This document shows positions 37,821 through 47,030 of a DNA stretch of 64,000 bases, piece after piece. Origin of the DNA: Alphaproteobacteria bacterium (GTDB lineage Bacteria > Pseudomonadota > Alphaproteobacteria > UBA828). The notes under the pieces were generated by a model that saw only the letters and a list, made by a program, of their open reading frames with translations, searched no databases and was not told where the DNA came from. Made by a program: the position numbers and the translations under genes. Within the stretch, counting starts at the first letter, position 1. Each line of letters begins with the position of its first letter. The stretch spans positions 352,001-416,000 of the forward strand of contig CBDCQT010000011.1 in the NCBI GenBank assembly GCA_965220745.1, written 5' to 3'.

Positions 37821-39284
37821 TCAGCCACGCAGGCGTTTGATGGTGCTAGTGGTGCTGTACCCGGCTTCGTTGGCGACGATCATAACGATGCCGCCGTAGC
37901 CTTGCACGAAGTCGGCGCCCACCACCTCCGCCACCGTGTAGTCGGAGCCCTTGACGAGGCAATCCGGTCGCAGCGCCTCGATCAGCCGCTCCGGCGCGTC
38001 CTCGGCGAAGACCACGACCAGATCGACGGTTTCCAGCGCGGCCAGCACCTGCGCCCGCGCCGCCTCCCCCTGCACCGGGCGGTCCGCCCCCTTGAGCCGG
38101 CGCACAGAGGCATCGCTGTTGAGGCCGACGATCAACCGGTCCGCCGTCTGCCGCGCCTGGCGCAGCAGCGAGACATGGCCGGGGTGGAGCAGGTCGAAGC
38201 AGCCATTGGTGAAGCCGATGCGCTGCCCCTGCGCCCGCCAGCCGGCGGCTGCGTCCAGCGCCGCCGTCAGCGGCACGATCTTGGCTTGGGAGGCCGAGAG
38301 GTCGCCGGTGCGCACCGCGTGCAACAAATCGGCCGTGCTGACCGCGGCAGTCCCCGCCTTGCCGACCGCAACTCCCGCGGCAACGTTGGCAAGCTGGGCA
38401 GCGGCAATCAGGTCCATGCCCTGGCCGAGGGCTGCGGCGAGCGTCGCCACCACCGTGTCGCCGGCGCCGGAGACATCGAACACCTCGCGCGCCTCTGCCT
38501 TGAGTTGGGCGATGCAGCCGCCCGCCGAGACCAGCGTCACGCCGTCGCGGCCGCGTGTGACCAGGATCGCGCCCACGTCATGGCGGGCGATGAGCCGCCG
38601 GCAGGCGTCGACGACGGCATCGTCGGTCTCCAGACGCGCGCCGGCAGCGACCCCGAGTTCGGTGCGGTTGGGCGTCAGCACCGTTGCACCGGCGTAGCGC
38701 CCGAAGTCGGGTCCTCTGGGATCGACCACGACCGGCCGGCTGGCGCGACGGGCGGCCTCGATCAGGTGTGGCACCAGATCGGCGGTGAGCACGCCCTTGG
38801 CGTAGTCGGAGAGCACGACCACGTCGCAGCCCGAAATAGCCTCCCGCGCGAAGCCGAGCAGGCGCTCTGCCGAGCCGGGCGCGATCGGCTCGGTGGTCTC
38901 CCAATCGGCGCGCAAAAGCTGCTGGCCCTCGGCAACGAAGCGGGTCTTTTCGGTGGAAAGCCGTCCCCGCTCCACCAGCAGGCAAGGCTCGACCCGCTCC
39001 TCGCGCCCCACCAAGCCGGTAATCCTGCGCCCCACTGCGTCGTCTCCGATCACCGAGAGCAGAGTGGCCCGCGCGCCGAGCGAGACGACATTTCGTACCA
39101 CGTTGCCGACGCCGCCCGGCATGTCGGCGTCGTGGTCGGTGCGCAGGATCGGCACCGGCGCCTCCGGCGAGGTGCGCTCGACCCGCCCGTAGACGAAGCG
39201 ATCCAGCATTAGATCGCCGACACAGGCGACCCGGCTTTGACCAAGCAAATTGATGGAGGCGGTAATGGAAGACGGGTCGACCAT
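37821..39284 (-). CDS. hldE: Bifunctional heptose-7-phosphate kinase / heptose-1-phosphate adenylyltransferase
   Basis: GDLMLD, SPEAPVP, SDYAKG, DVSGAGDT, FTNGCFDLLHPGH, GLNSDASV. Confidence 0.93.
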   Translation of the reverse strand: MVDPSSITASINLLGQSRVACVGDLMLDRFVYGRVERTSPEAPVPILRTDHDADMPGGVGNVVRNVVSLGARATLLSVIGDDAVGRRITGLVGREERVEPCLLVERGRLSTEKTRFVAEGQQLLRADWETTEPIAPGSAERLLGFAREAISGCDVVVLSDYAKGVLTADLVPHLIEAARRASRPVVVDPRGPDFGRYAGATVLTPNRTELGVAAGARLETDDAVVDACRRLIARHDVGAILVTRGRDGVTLVSAGGCIAQLKAEAREVFDVSGAGDTVVATLAAALGQGMDLIAAAQLANVAAGVAVGKAGTAAVSTADLLHAVRTGDLSASQAKIVPLTAALDAAAGWRAQGQRIGFTNGCFDLLHPGHVSLLRQARQTADRLIVGLNSDASVRRLKGADRPVQGEAARAQVLAALETVDLVVVFAEDAPERLIEALRPDCLVKGSDYTVAEVVGADFVQGYGGIVMIVANEAGYSTTSTIKRLRG

Positions 39285-39471
39285 GACCCCAACATCAAGG
39301 CGTTCCAACAAAACTGGTCGCACGGTATACGAATAAAGATATCAATAACAGAATTTCGTGTTGCTGAATCTTCCTGCCACGTCCTGTCGCTGCAACCTCA
39401 GCCACACGCGCTTGCCCGGCCCGCGAGCGCGCGCCAATATCGGCAGCACCGCCACCGACCGGAATCCGCCC

Positions 39472-41385
39472 ATGACCAGCCGCTACGACGATATCTATGC
39501 ACGCTCGCTCGCAGAGCCCGAGGCCTTCTGGGCCGAGGCGGCCGAGGGCATCGACTGGGAGAAGCGGTGGGACCGCGTGCTGGACGATTCCCGACCGCCC
39601 TTCCTCCGCTGGTTTGTCGGCGCCGAGGTCAACACCTGCCACAATGCCCTGGATCGCCACGTGGCCGCCGGCCGCGGCGCCCAGACGGCACTGATCTACG
39701 ACAGCCCCGTCACCAGCACCGTGCGGAGCTTCACCTATGCCGAGCTGCAGGCTCTCGCCGCGCGCTTCGCCGGCGCGCTCGCGGCGCGGGGCGTGGGCCG
39801 GGGCGACCGCGTGGTGCTCTACATGCCGATGGTCCCGGAGGCGGCCGTCGCCATGCTGGGCTGCGCCCGCATCGGCGCGGTCCATTCCGTGGTATTCGGC
39901 GGCTTCGCGGCGAACGAACTCGCGACCAGGATCGACGACGCCAAGCCCAAGGTCATCGTCTGCGGCTCATGCGGCATCGAGGTGGACCGCGTCATCGCTT
40001 ACAAGCCCCTGCTCGACGCCGCGATCGACCTCGCGAGCCACAAGCCCGAGTGCTGCATCGTCCTGCAACGGCCCGAGCTGGAGGCGCCGCTCACGGCCGG
40101 CCGCGACGAGACCTGGGCCGACGCGATGGCCGGGGCGGAGCCGGCGGACTGCGTGCCCGTCGCCGCCACCGACCCGCTCTATATCCTCTACACCTCCGGC
40201 ACCACCGGCGATCCCAAGGGCATCGTGCGCGACAACGGCGGGCACCTGGTCGCGCTGCACTGGACCATGAGCGGCGTCTACGACCGGAAGCCCGGCCAGG
40301 TGTGGTGGGCGGCGTCGGATATCGGCTGGGTGGTCGGCCACTCCTATATCGTCTACGCGCCGCTGATCTTTGGTTGCCCGTCGATCCTCTACGAGGGCAA
40401 GCCGGTCGGCACGCCTGATGCCGGAGCCTATTGGCGGGTGATCTCGCAGCACGGTGTGAGCGCCATGTTCACGGCGCCGACGGCCTTCCGCGCGATCAAG
40501 CGGGACGATCCCGATGCGGCCCGCCTCGCCGACTACGACATCTCCTGCTTCGATACGCTCTACCTCGCCGGCGAGCGGACCGACCCCGACACCTTGGCCT
40601 GGGCCGAGAACCATCTGGAACGCCCGGTATACGACCACTGGTGGCAGACCGAGTCCGGCTGGCCCATGGGCGCCAACTGCACGGGCCTCGGCGCGCTGCC
40701 GGTGAAGCCGGGCTCGCCCACCAAGCCGGTGCCGGGCTATCGCATCGAGGTGGTGGATGAGGCCGGCGAGCAGGTGCCGGCGGGCGGGATCGGCTCGATC
40801 GTGGTCAAGCTGCCGTTGCCGCCCGGCTTCACGCCGACGCTCTGGAACAACGACAAGCGCTTCGAGGAAGCCTACTTCACGCGCTTCCCCGGCTATTACC
40901 TGACTGGCGACGCCGGCGTTCTCGACGAGGACGGCTATCTCTGGATCATGAGCCGCACCGACGACATCATCAACGTCGCGGGCCACAGGCTCTCGACCGG
41001 GGCGATGGAGGAGGTGCTGGCGGCACATCAGGACGTGGCGGAATGCGCCGTGGTCGGCGTCGCCGACGCGCTGAAGGGGCAGCTGCCATTGGGTTTCGTC
41101 GTGCTCAAGGCGGGCGTCAACCGGCCGTCGGGCGAGATCGTGGTGGAACTCGTGCGCATGGTGCGCGAGACCATCGGCCCGGTCGCCGCCTTCAAGCAGG
41201 CGGTGGTGGTCGAGCGGCTGCCCAAGACCCGCTCAGGCAAGATTCTGCGGGGCACCATGGCGAAGATCGCCGACGGCGAAGAGTACAAGACCCCGGCGAC
41301 CATCGACGACCCGGCGATCCTGGGCGAGATCGCCGACGCGGTTCGCCCGATCGGCTACGGCGGTGGCGCGCCGGCGAACGGCTAA
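39472..41385 (+). CDS. prpE: Propionyl-CoA synthetase
   Basis: YILYTSGTTGDPKG, DHWWQTESG, TGDAG, NVAGHRLST, LPKTRSGKILR, PATIDDP. Confidence 0.88.
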   Translation: MTSRYDDIYARSLAEPEAFWAEAAEGIDWEKRWDRVLDDSRPPFLRWFVGAEVNTCHNALDRHVAAGRGAQTALIYDSPVTSTVRSFTYAELQALAARFAGALAARGVGRGDRVVLYMPMVPEAAVAMLGCARIGAVHSVVFGGFAANELATRIDDAKPKVIVCGSCGIEVDRVIAYKPLLDAAIDLASHKPECCIVLQRPELEAPLTAGRDETWADAMAGAEPADCVPVAATDPLYILYTSGTTGDPKGIVRDNGGHLVALHWTMSGVYDRKPGQVWWAASDIGWVVGHSYIVYAPLIFGCPSILYEGKPVGTPDAGAYWRVISQHGVSAMFTAPTAFRAIKRDDPDAARLADYDISCFDTLYLAGERTDPDTLAWAENHLERPVYDHWWQTESGWPMGANCTGLGALPVKPGSPTKPVPGYRIEVVDEAGEQVPAGGIGSIVVKLPLPPGFTPTLWNNDKRFEEAYFTRFPGYYLTGDAGVLDEDGYLWIMSRTDDIINVAGHRLSTGAMEEVLAAHQDVAECAVVGVADALKGQLPLGFVVLKAGVNRPSGEIVVELVRMVRETIGPVAAFKQAVVVERLPKTRSGKILRGTMAKIADGEEYKTPATIDDPAILGEIADAVRPIGYGGGAPANG

Positions 41386-41386
41386 C

Positions 41387-41944
41387 TCAGTCAGCCGCCG
41401 GCAAGAGAAATGTGAGCACGGTTCTGCCGTAGCGGCGCTGGTCCTGCACCGTGAGCGTCGCCGGCGGCTCGAAGGGATCGTCCACCCCGTGCTCGACCAC
41501 GACGGTCGCCTCATCGTCCAGCCAGCGGCGCGCTGCCAGCGCTGCCAGTGCTGGTTCCGCGAGGCCGGAGCAGTAAGGCGGGTCCAGTAGGGCGAGATCG
41601 CAGACCGTGACCGCCGGTGGCAACCGGGTGGCGTCGCAGGCGATAACGGTGGCTCGGTCAGCGCAGCCCAGGGCCTCGATGTTGGCGCGGAGCACCCCGC
41701 GCACGTCGGCTTCGCTCTCTACGGCGGTGAGGGACGCGGCGCCGCGGGAGAGCGCCTCCAGGCCGAGAGCACCAGTGCCTGCGAACAGATCGACGACATG
41801 GGCACCCTCGAGCGGCCTCGGCATCCCGCCGTGGAGCAGGATGTCGAAGAGGGACTCGCGCACTCTCTCCCCGGTCGGGCGCACGCGCACGCCGGCCGGC
41901 GCCCGCAGCCGGCGGCCGCGCAGGCTACCGCCGACGATCCGCAC
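41387..41944 (-). CDS. rsmD: 16S rRNA (guanine966-N2)-methyltransferase
   Basis: RIVGGSLRGRRL, RPTGERVRESLF, DLFAGTGALGLEALSRG, LDPPY. Confidence 0.93.
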   Translation of the reverse strand: MRIVGGSLRGRRLRAPAGVRVRPTGERVRESLFDILLHGGMPRPLEGAHVVDLFAGTGALGLEALSRGAASLTAVESEADVRGVLRANIEALGCADRATVIACDATRLPPAVTVCDLALLDPPYCSGLAEPALAALAARRWLDDEATVVVEHGVDDPFEPPATLTVQDQRRYGRTVLTFLLPAAD

Positions 41945-42704
41945 GCGCTGGCCCTCGCTTGCCGCCGAGCTGGTCGCGGAGCACGCGCGGCGGCACTTCG
42001 GCGATCTCTCCACGCGCAAGCCCGCCGAGCTGGAAGGGCCCGTAAGCCGTGCGGATGAGGCGGCTCACGGGCAGGCCGAGATGCGCGAGCACGATGCGGA
42101 TCTCCCGATTGCGGCCCTCGGCGAGCGCGACGGTGAGCCAGGCATTTTGGCGGTTTTGGCGATCGAGGCGCGCCTCGATGGGCCCGTAGCGGACGCTGTC
42201 CACCGTTATGCCATGCTCGAGGGCGGCGAGCGCGCTCTCCTCGGGTGTGCCACGCACCCGTACCCGATAGCGCCGCCGCCAGCCCCGCGACGGATGCTCC
42301 AGCTCGCGGGCGAGCGCGCCGTCGTTGGTCAGCAGTAGCAGCCCCTCGGAGTTGAAGTCCAGCCTTCCGACGGAGACGACGTAGCCGAGCAGCGCGGTCA
42401 CCTTCTCGAACACGGTCGGGCGGCCCTGCGGGTCGCGATGGCTGGTGATGAGGCCCGGCGGCTTGTGGTAGCGCCAGAGCCGGGCGGGTGCGGGCACCGG
42501 CAGGGGCGCGCCATCCACGGTGATGATGCTGGAGTCATCAACGTTGGTAGCCGGATTGCGCACGACCGTGCCGCCGAGGGCCACGCGACCGGCGGCGATC
42601 AGCCGCTCCGCGTCGCGGCGCGAGCAAACTCCGGCCCTGGCGATGTGCTTGGCGATGCGCTCGCCACGCCGGGCTGCTTCCGATCGCGGCCGCTCAGCCG
42701 CCAT
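41925..42704 (-). CDS. rRNA pseudouridine synthase (RluB/RsuA family)
   Basis: S4 domain RIAKHIARAGVCSRR, catalytic VGRLD, EGRNREIR. Confidence 0.92.
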   Translation of the reverse strand: MAAERPRSEAARRGERIAKHIARAGVCSRRDAERLIAAGRVALGGTVVRNPATNVDDSSIITVDGAPLPVPAPARLWRYHKPPGLITSHRDPQGRPTVFEKVTALLGYVVSVGRLDFNSEGLLLLTNDGALARELEHPSRGWRRRYRVRVRGTPEESALAALEHGITVDSVRYGPIEARLDRQNRQNAWLTVALAEGRNREIRIVLAHLGLPVSRLIRTAYGPFQLGGLARGEIAEVPPRVLRDQLGGKRGPARADRRR

Positions 42705-42962
42705 GCCGCCATCCCGCATCGTGAGAGAGAGCCGCGCCGCACCTCGCTCGCGCGGCAAGACCCAGCGCCAGAGGGCCGATTATCGTGACATGAGGCGCGA
42801 GCGCGATCCAGCAAGCGGGGCATGCCGAATTTTGCGGTCGTGTGTCGCGGCCGTAACGCCCACCATCATCCACGCAGGAATGGCTGCTTCAAACTTGCGC
42901 GTAGCATTTTGAGCAGCACAAATAACAGTATACGCAAAAATATCCTGCGCATAAGATTGAAA

Positions 42963-43008
42963 ATTGCGCGTATGTGAGTTATGTTGCGCTTAAGTCTATA
43001 CGCGCAAT
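42963..43008. promoter_or_regulatory. 11-bp inverted repeat upstream of the Fic gene (candidate operator)
   Basis: ATTGCGCGTAT-N24-ATACGCGCAAT; extra half-site TTGCGCGTA at 42895-42903. Confidence 0.55.
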
Positions 43009-43021
43009 ATTGGGTGACAAT

Positions 43022-44437
43022 GTGGCTAGGCGCATCAGAGAAAAGGACCTGCAGGCGATAGAGAAGGTTGTGCGAAGGCATCCAGAAGGCATGACCGCGC
43101 GGGAGATTAGAAGGATTCTGGAGGCTCCACCGGCTCACCGCACCCTACAATATCGCCTCAAGTCTCTCGTCGACAACAATCGCCTGACGATGGAGGGCTC
43201 GGGCCGCTGGGCACGCTACCGCGTTCCTCGGGTCGTTCCAGTTGAGTTGCAGTTTGGTCCAGCCGACGTCTCGGCAAGCCTTGGCCTGAGCGTCATCGTC
43301 GAACCAAAACTCTCTGAGGCTGCCAGTGAAATCCGGGATTATGTGCGACAGCCGGTCGCTGCGCGCGAGCCGGTCGGATATGACACTGAGTTCCTCGGTG
43401 CGTACCGGCCTAACTACACCTTCTATCTTTCGCAGGTCGAGCGCGTACGACTCTGGGAGGTCGGCAAACCCGAGGTGGCTGAAGAGCCCGCCGGCACCCA
43501 TGCCAAGCGGATACTGAGCAGGCTCTTGATAGATCTCTCTTGGAATTCGAGCCGCCTGGAGGGCAACACGTATTCCCTGCTCGACACCGCGCGCCTGATC
43601 GAAGCGGGGGAGGAAGCGGAAGGAAGGGACCGGCGCGACGCGCAGATGATCATCAACCATAAGGAGGCTATCGCATTTCTCGTCGACACGGCGGGGGACA
43701 TCGGGTTCAACCGCTACACCATCCTCAATCTTCACGCGGTGCTGGCGGATAACCTGCTTCCAGACCCAGATGCAGCGGGCCGTCTCCGGCGCAGCGTCGT
43801 CGGTATCGCTTTCTCGGTCTATCACCCGCTGGAGGTGCCGCAGCTCATCGAGGAGTGCTTCGACCAAATTCTTGCCAAGGCTTCCTTGATCGACGACCCC
43901 TTTGAGCAGGCTTTGTTTGCGATGGTGCAGTTCCCCTATCTGCAGCCGTTCGAGGACGTCAACAAGCGGGTGTCCCGGCTCGCCGCCAACATCCCGCTAA
44001 TCAGGGCGAACTTAGCGCCGCTTTCCTTCGAGGACGTGCCGCGCGAGCTCTACACGGAAGCGGTGCTTGGCGTCTACGAGCTGAACCGGGTCGAGCTCCT
44101 TCGGGACGCATTCGTCTGGGCATACGAGCGGTCCGCACGTCGTTATGGCGCGATTCGGCAGTCGCTCGGCGAACCGGATCCTTTTCGGATGCGGCATCGG
44201 ACGGAAATGCGCACGCTAGTCTGCGACGTCGTTCGCGGAGGTATGGATAAAGGGGGGGCGAGCGACCATATCGCCGCGTGGGTGGAACAGCACGTCGATG
44301 AGCGGGAGCAGGAGCGATTTCGCGAAGTCGCTGAGCGAGAGCTGTTGAGCCTTCACAGCGGCAACTTCGCTCGCTATCGCGTCACGCCCGGCGAGTTCGC
44401 CGCCTGGCATGAGGCTTGGCAACAGCGAAAAGCGTAG
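43022..44437 (+). CDS. Fic family protein with N-terminal HTH and non-canonical motif
   Basis: SWNSSRLEGNT helix; YLQPFEDVNKRVSR in place of HPFxDGNGR. Confidence 0.88.
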   Translation: MARRIREKDLQAIEKVVRRHPEGMTAREIRRILEAPPAHRTLQYRLKSLVDNNRLTMEGSGRWARYRVPRVVPVELQFGPADVSASLGLSVIVEPKLSEAASEIRDYVRQPVAAREPVGYDTEFLGAYRPNYTFYLSQVERVRLWEVGKPEVAEEPAGTHAKRILSRLLIDLSWNSSRLEGNTYSLLDTARLIEAGEEAEGRDRRDAQMIINHKEAIAFLVDTAGDIGFNRYTILNLHAVLADNLLPDPDAAGRLRRSVVGIAFSVYHPLEVPQLIEECFDQILAKASLIDDPFEQALFAMVQFPYLQPFEDVNKRVSRLAANIPLIRANLAPLSFEDVPRELYTEAVLGVYELNRVELLRDAFVWAYERSARRYGAIRQSLGEPDPFRMRHRTEMRTLVCDVVRGGMDKGGASDHIAAWVEQHVDEREQERFREVAERELLSLHSGNFARYRVTPGEFAAWHEAWQQRKA

Positions 44438-44660
44438 TCTCATCAAGCTCCCCGTGGTGCCGCGTAGGCCCCCACGCACGACGCCAGCCCACAAATCGAC
44501 CGGCGCAAATTGATTGCGCAGGCCGGGGTCTCGCTCTACTGTCACCATCCGGCCCCGAACCAGACGGCATCGCCTGCCTTTGCGGCCTTGATGGCGAGTG
44601 GAGCCCGCGTGCCGTCGCCAGGGAACGGGCCGGACCCGCGAACGATGCGCGGAGGGGAAT

Positions 44661-45329
44661 ATGTTCCGACGCAAGGGCGGAGATCAGGAAGAGGACAGTC
44701 GGGCTCAAGAGGGCGCCGAGGAGCGCCTCGCTCCCAGCGTCGTCGTGGAATCGTCGCGGCGCAATGTGCCGAACAAGACCGTCGTCTTTCACCCGGACGT
44801 GCCGCGCGGCGCACCCGATCCCGTGCCGGCTGATGCGCCGGGACGTGTGGAGAGTGATCCCAAGCGGCTCACCGTCGGGCGGGAGACGACCATCAGCGGC
44901 GGTACGGTGCTCGATTGCGAGCGCCTGACGGTCGAGGGCACGGTCGAAGCCTCGATGCCGGATGGGCGCCTGCTTGAGATCGTGAAGGGCGGCACCTTCA
45001 AGGGCACCGTGACGGTGGACAATGCCGATATCGCCGGGGCGTTCGAGGGTGAGCTCAAGGTGAAGAAGCGGCTCTTCATCAGGGCGTCGGGCCGCGTTTC
45101 GGGCACGATTCGCTATGGCCAGTTCGAGGTCGAGCGCGGCGGCCGCCTCGACGGCCGCCTCGAATACGACCCGGCGGACCGGGAGGCGGACCTGCAGCCG
45201 GTGGCGATGCCGCCGGCCGCCGACGCCCAAGAGCCGTCGGAGGAGGCTACCGAACCCGACCAGTTGGAGTTGAGTTCGAGCCCGGTCGAGCTTCCTTCCG
45301 TGGCCGCGTCCAAGCTGCGCGCTGACTAA
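44661..45329 (+). CDS. Bactofilin (polymer-forming cytoskeletal protein)
   Basis: Beta-helix repeats LTVGRETTISG, LTVEGTVEA, ADIAGAFEGEL, GRVSGTIRYG; GGAGG RBS. Confidence 0.88.
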   Translation: MFRRKGGDQEEDSRAQEGAEERLAPSVVVESSRRNVPNKTVVFHPDVPRGAPDPVPADAPGRVESDPKRLTVGRETTISGGTVLDCERLTVEGTVEASMPDGRLLEIVKGGTFKGTVTVDNADIAGAFEGELKVKKRLFIRASGRVSGTIRYGQFEVERGGRLDGRLEYDPADREADLQPVAMPPAADAQEPSEEATEPDQLELSSSPVELPSVAASKLRAD

Positions 45330-45360
45330 AGCGCTTCCATTTCACACGGAAACGCTTTAG
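45326..45360. repeat. Short palindromic element overlapping the bactofilin stop codon
   Basis: CTAAAGCGCTTCC-ATTTCACAC-GGAAACGCTTTAG. Confidence 0.65.
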
Positions 45361-45362
45361 CA

Positions 45363-45474
45363 ATTTGTCGCTCACGGCAGCCGGCCTTCGGCCGGTGCCT
45401 CCGCGAGGGCGCCGCATTAGCGGCGGGCCGCAGTCGCGGCCTGTCGCGCGTCCGTCCAAGACGGACGCGCTCTA
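45363..45474 (-). repeat. Multi-hairpin dispersed element, copy 2
   Basis: Reverse strand reads TAGAGCGCGTCCGTCTTGGACGGACGCGCGACAGGCCGCGACTGCGGCCCGCCGC...GGCCGGCTGCCGTGAGCGACAAA; starts at the nth TAG stop. Confidence 0.85.
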
Positions 45475-46104
45475 AGCCGTCTTTCCCTTATAGCGGCAGA
45501 GGTCCCGAACGACGCAGGCCGGGCAATCCGGCGTCCTTGCCTTGCAGACATAGCGGCCGTGCAGGATCAGCCAATGATGCGCGTGCTGCTTGAAGCGGTC
45601 GGGCACGACTTTGTTCAGGCCGTCCTCCACCGCGCGCGGCGTCTTTCCCGGCGCGAGGCCGCTACGGTTCGCGAGCCGGAATATGTGGGTATCGACCGCG
45701 ATGGTGGGCTCGCCGAAGACCGTGTTGAGCACCACGTTCGCCGTCTTGCGGCCGACACCGGGGAGCGCCTCGAGCGCCGCCCGGTCGCTTGGCACGGCGC
45801 CCCCGTGTTCCTCGACCAGCGCCTGGCTTAGCGCGATCACGTTCTTGGCCTTCATGTTGTAGAGGCCGATGGTCTTGATGTGCTCCTTGAGCCGCGCTTC
45901 GCCGAGGGCGACCATCTCCGCCGGCGTTTCGACCTCCTCGAAGAGCGACTTGGTGGCCTTGTTGACGCCCTTGTCGGTCGCCTGCGCAGACAGCACCACG
46001 GCGACCAGCAGCGTGTAGGGGTTTCGGTAGTCAAGCTCGGTGGTCGGCGCCTCGATGCACGCGGCGAGGCGTTCGAAGAATTCGGTGACCGCTGCCTTTT
46101 TCAT
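45472..46104 (-). CDS. nth: Endonuclease III
   Basis: LLVAVVLSAQATD, LPGVGRKTANVVL, AVDTHIFR, 4Fe-4S motif C-x6-C-x2-C-x5-C. Confidence 0.96.
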   Translation of the reverse strand: MKKAAVTEFFERLAACIEAPTTELDYRNPYTLLVAVVLSAQATDKGVNKATKSLFEEVETPAEMVALGEARLKEHIKTIGLYNMKAKNVIALSQALVEEHGGAVPSDRAALEALPGVGRKTANVVLNTVFGEPTIAVDTHIFRLANRSGLAPGKTPRAVEDGLNKVVPDRFKQHAHHWLILHGRYVCKARTPDCPACVVRDLCRYKGKTA

Positions 46105-46237
46105 GACGCACGGAGAGTAACCCGCCGCGCAGCCGGGGCAAGGGGGAGGGCCGATCGCGGAAATTCGCCGAACGCCCGGCATACCTCCTTCCAGCGACAG
46201 GCATAATCCCGTACTCTAGAGCGCGACAGGGGCCCCC

Positions 46238-46292
46238 TTGACAAGCGGTGCGAACCAAACTAGAACATATGCAGACGGTTTCCCTTTTGTTC
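46238..46292 (+). promoter_or_regulatory. lexA promoter with alphaproteobacterial SOS boxes
   Basis: TTGACA (46238) -17 bp- TAGAAC (46261). GAAC-N7-GAAC at 46252-46266 overlaps the -10; degenerate GTTT-N7-GTTC at 46278-46292. Confidence 0.85.
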
Positions 46293-46311
46293 GATTTCGC
46301 GGAGTTTGCCG

Positions 46312-47019
46312 ATGCTGACCAGGAAACAAAAGGAACTCCTGCTTTTCATCGATTCCTATCTTGATCAACGCGGCATCGCTCCTTCGTTCGAGGAAATGAA
46401 GGAAGCGGTCAATCTCAAGTCCAAGTCCGGTATCCACAGGCTCGTCAAGGCGCTTGAGGAGCGCGGATTCCTGCGACGATTGCCGCATCGGGCGCGGGCG
46501 CTGGAAGTATTGAGGCCGCCACCCTCCCGCGTTGCCGAGGTGCCGGAGCGGCAACCGAGCCGGCGCTTCCGGCCGAGCGTCATCAAGGGCGATTTCCGTT
46601 CCGGACGGGGCACCGAGCGGCCATCAGACGATCGGGCGATCGTTGCGCTGCCGCTCTATGGCCGCATTGCCGCCGGCACGCCGATCGAGGCATTGCGCGA
46701 CGAGACCAACCAGATCGATGTTCCGGGCGGAATGCTGGGGGCAGGCGAGCATTACGCCCTCGAAGTCGACGGCGATTCGATGATCGACATCGGAATTCTG
46801 GACGGCGACACCGCCGTGATCGAACGCTGCGAGACCGCCGAGAGCGGCGACATTGTCGTGGCTTTGGTGGATGATAGCGAAGTCACGCTCAAGCGGCTGC
46901 GGCAGAAGGGCGAGTCGGTTGCGCTGGAGCCCGCGAACACGCGCTACGAGACGCGGATTTTCGGCCCCGGCCGGGTCAAGGTGCAGGGGCGGCTCAAGGG
47001 CATCCTCCGCAACTACTGA
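46312..47019 (+). CDS. lexA: SOS repressor LexA
   Basis: [26 protein letters not shown], cleavage site IAAGTP, GDSM, TLKR. Confidence 0.96.
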   Translation: MLTRKQKELLLFIDSYLDQRGIAPSFEEMKEAVNLKSKSGIHRLVKALEERGFLRRLPHRARALEVLRPPPSRVAEVPERQPSRRFRPSVIKGDFRSGRGTERPSDDRAIVALPLYGRIAAGTPIEALRDETNQIDVPGGMLGAGEHYALEVDGDSMIDIGILDGDTAVIERCETAESGDIVVALVDDSEVTLKRLRQKGESVALEPANTRYETRIFGPGRVKVQGRLKGILRNY

Positions 47020-47030
47020 GCCGTTTCCCG

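Noticed and set aside
46217-46230. TAGAGCGCGACAGG resembling a hairpin-deleted start of the multi-hairpin repeat
   Set aside because: Only 14 bp, with no downstream homology.
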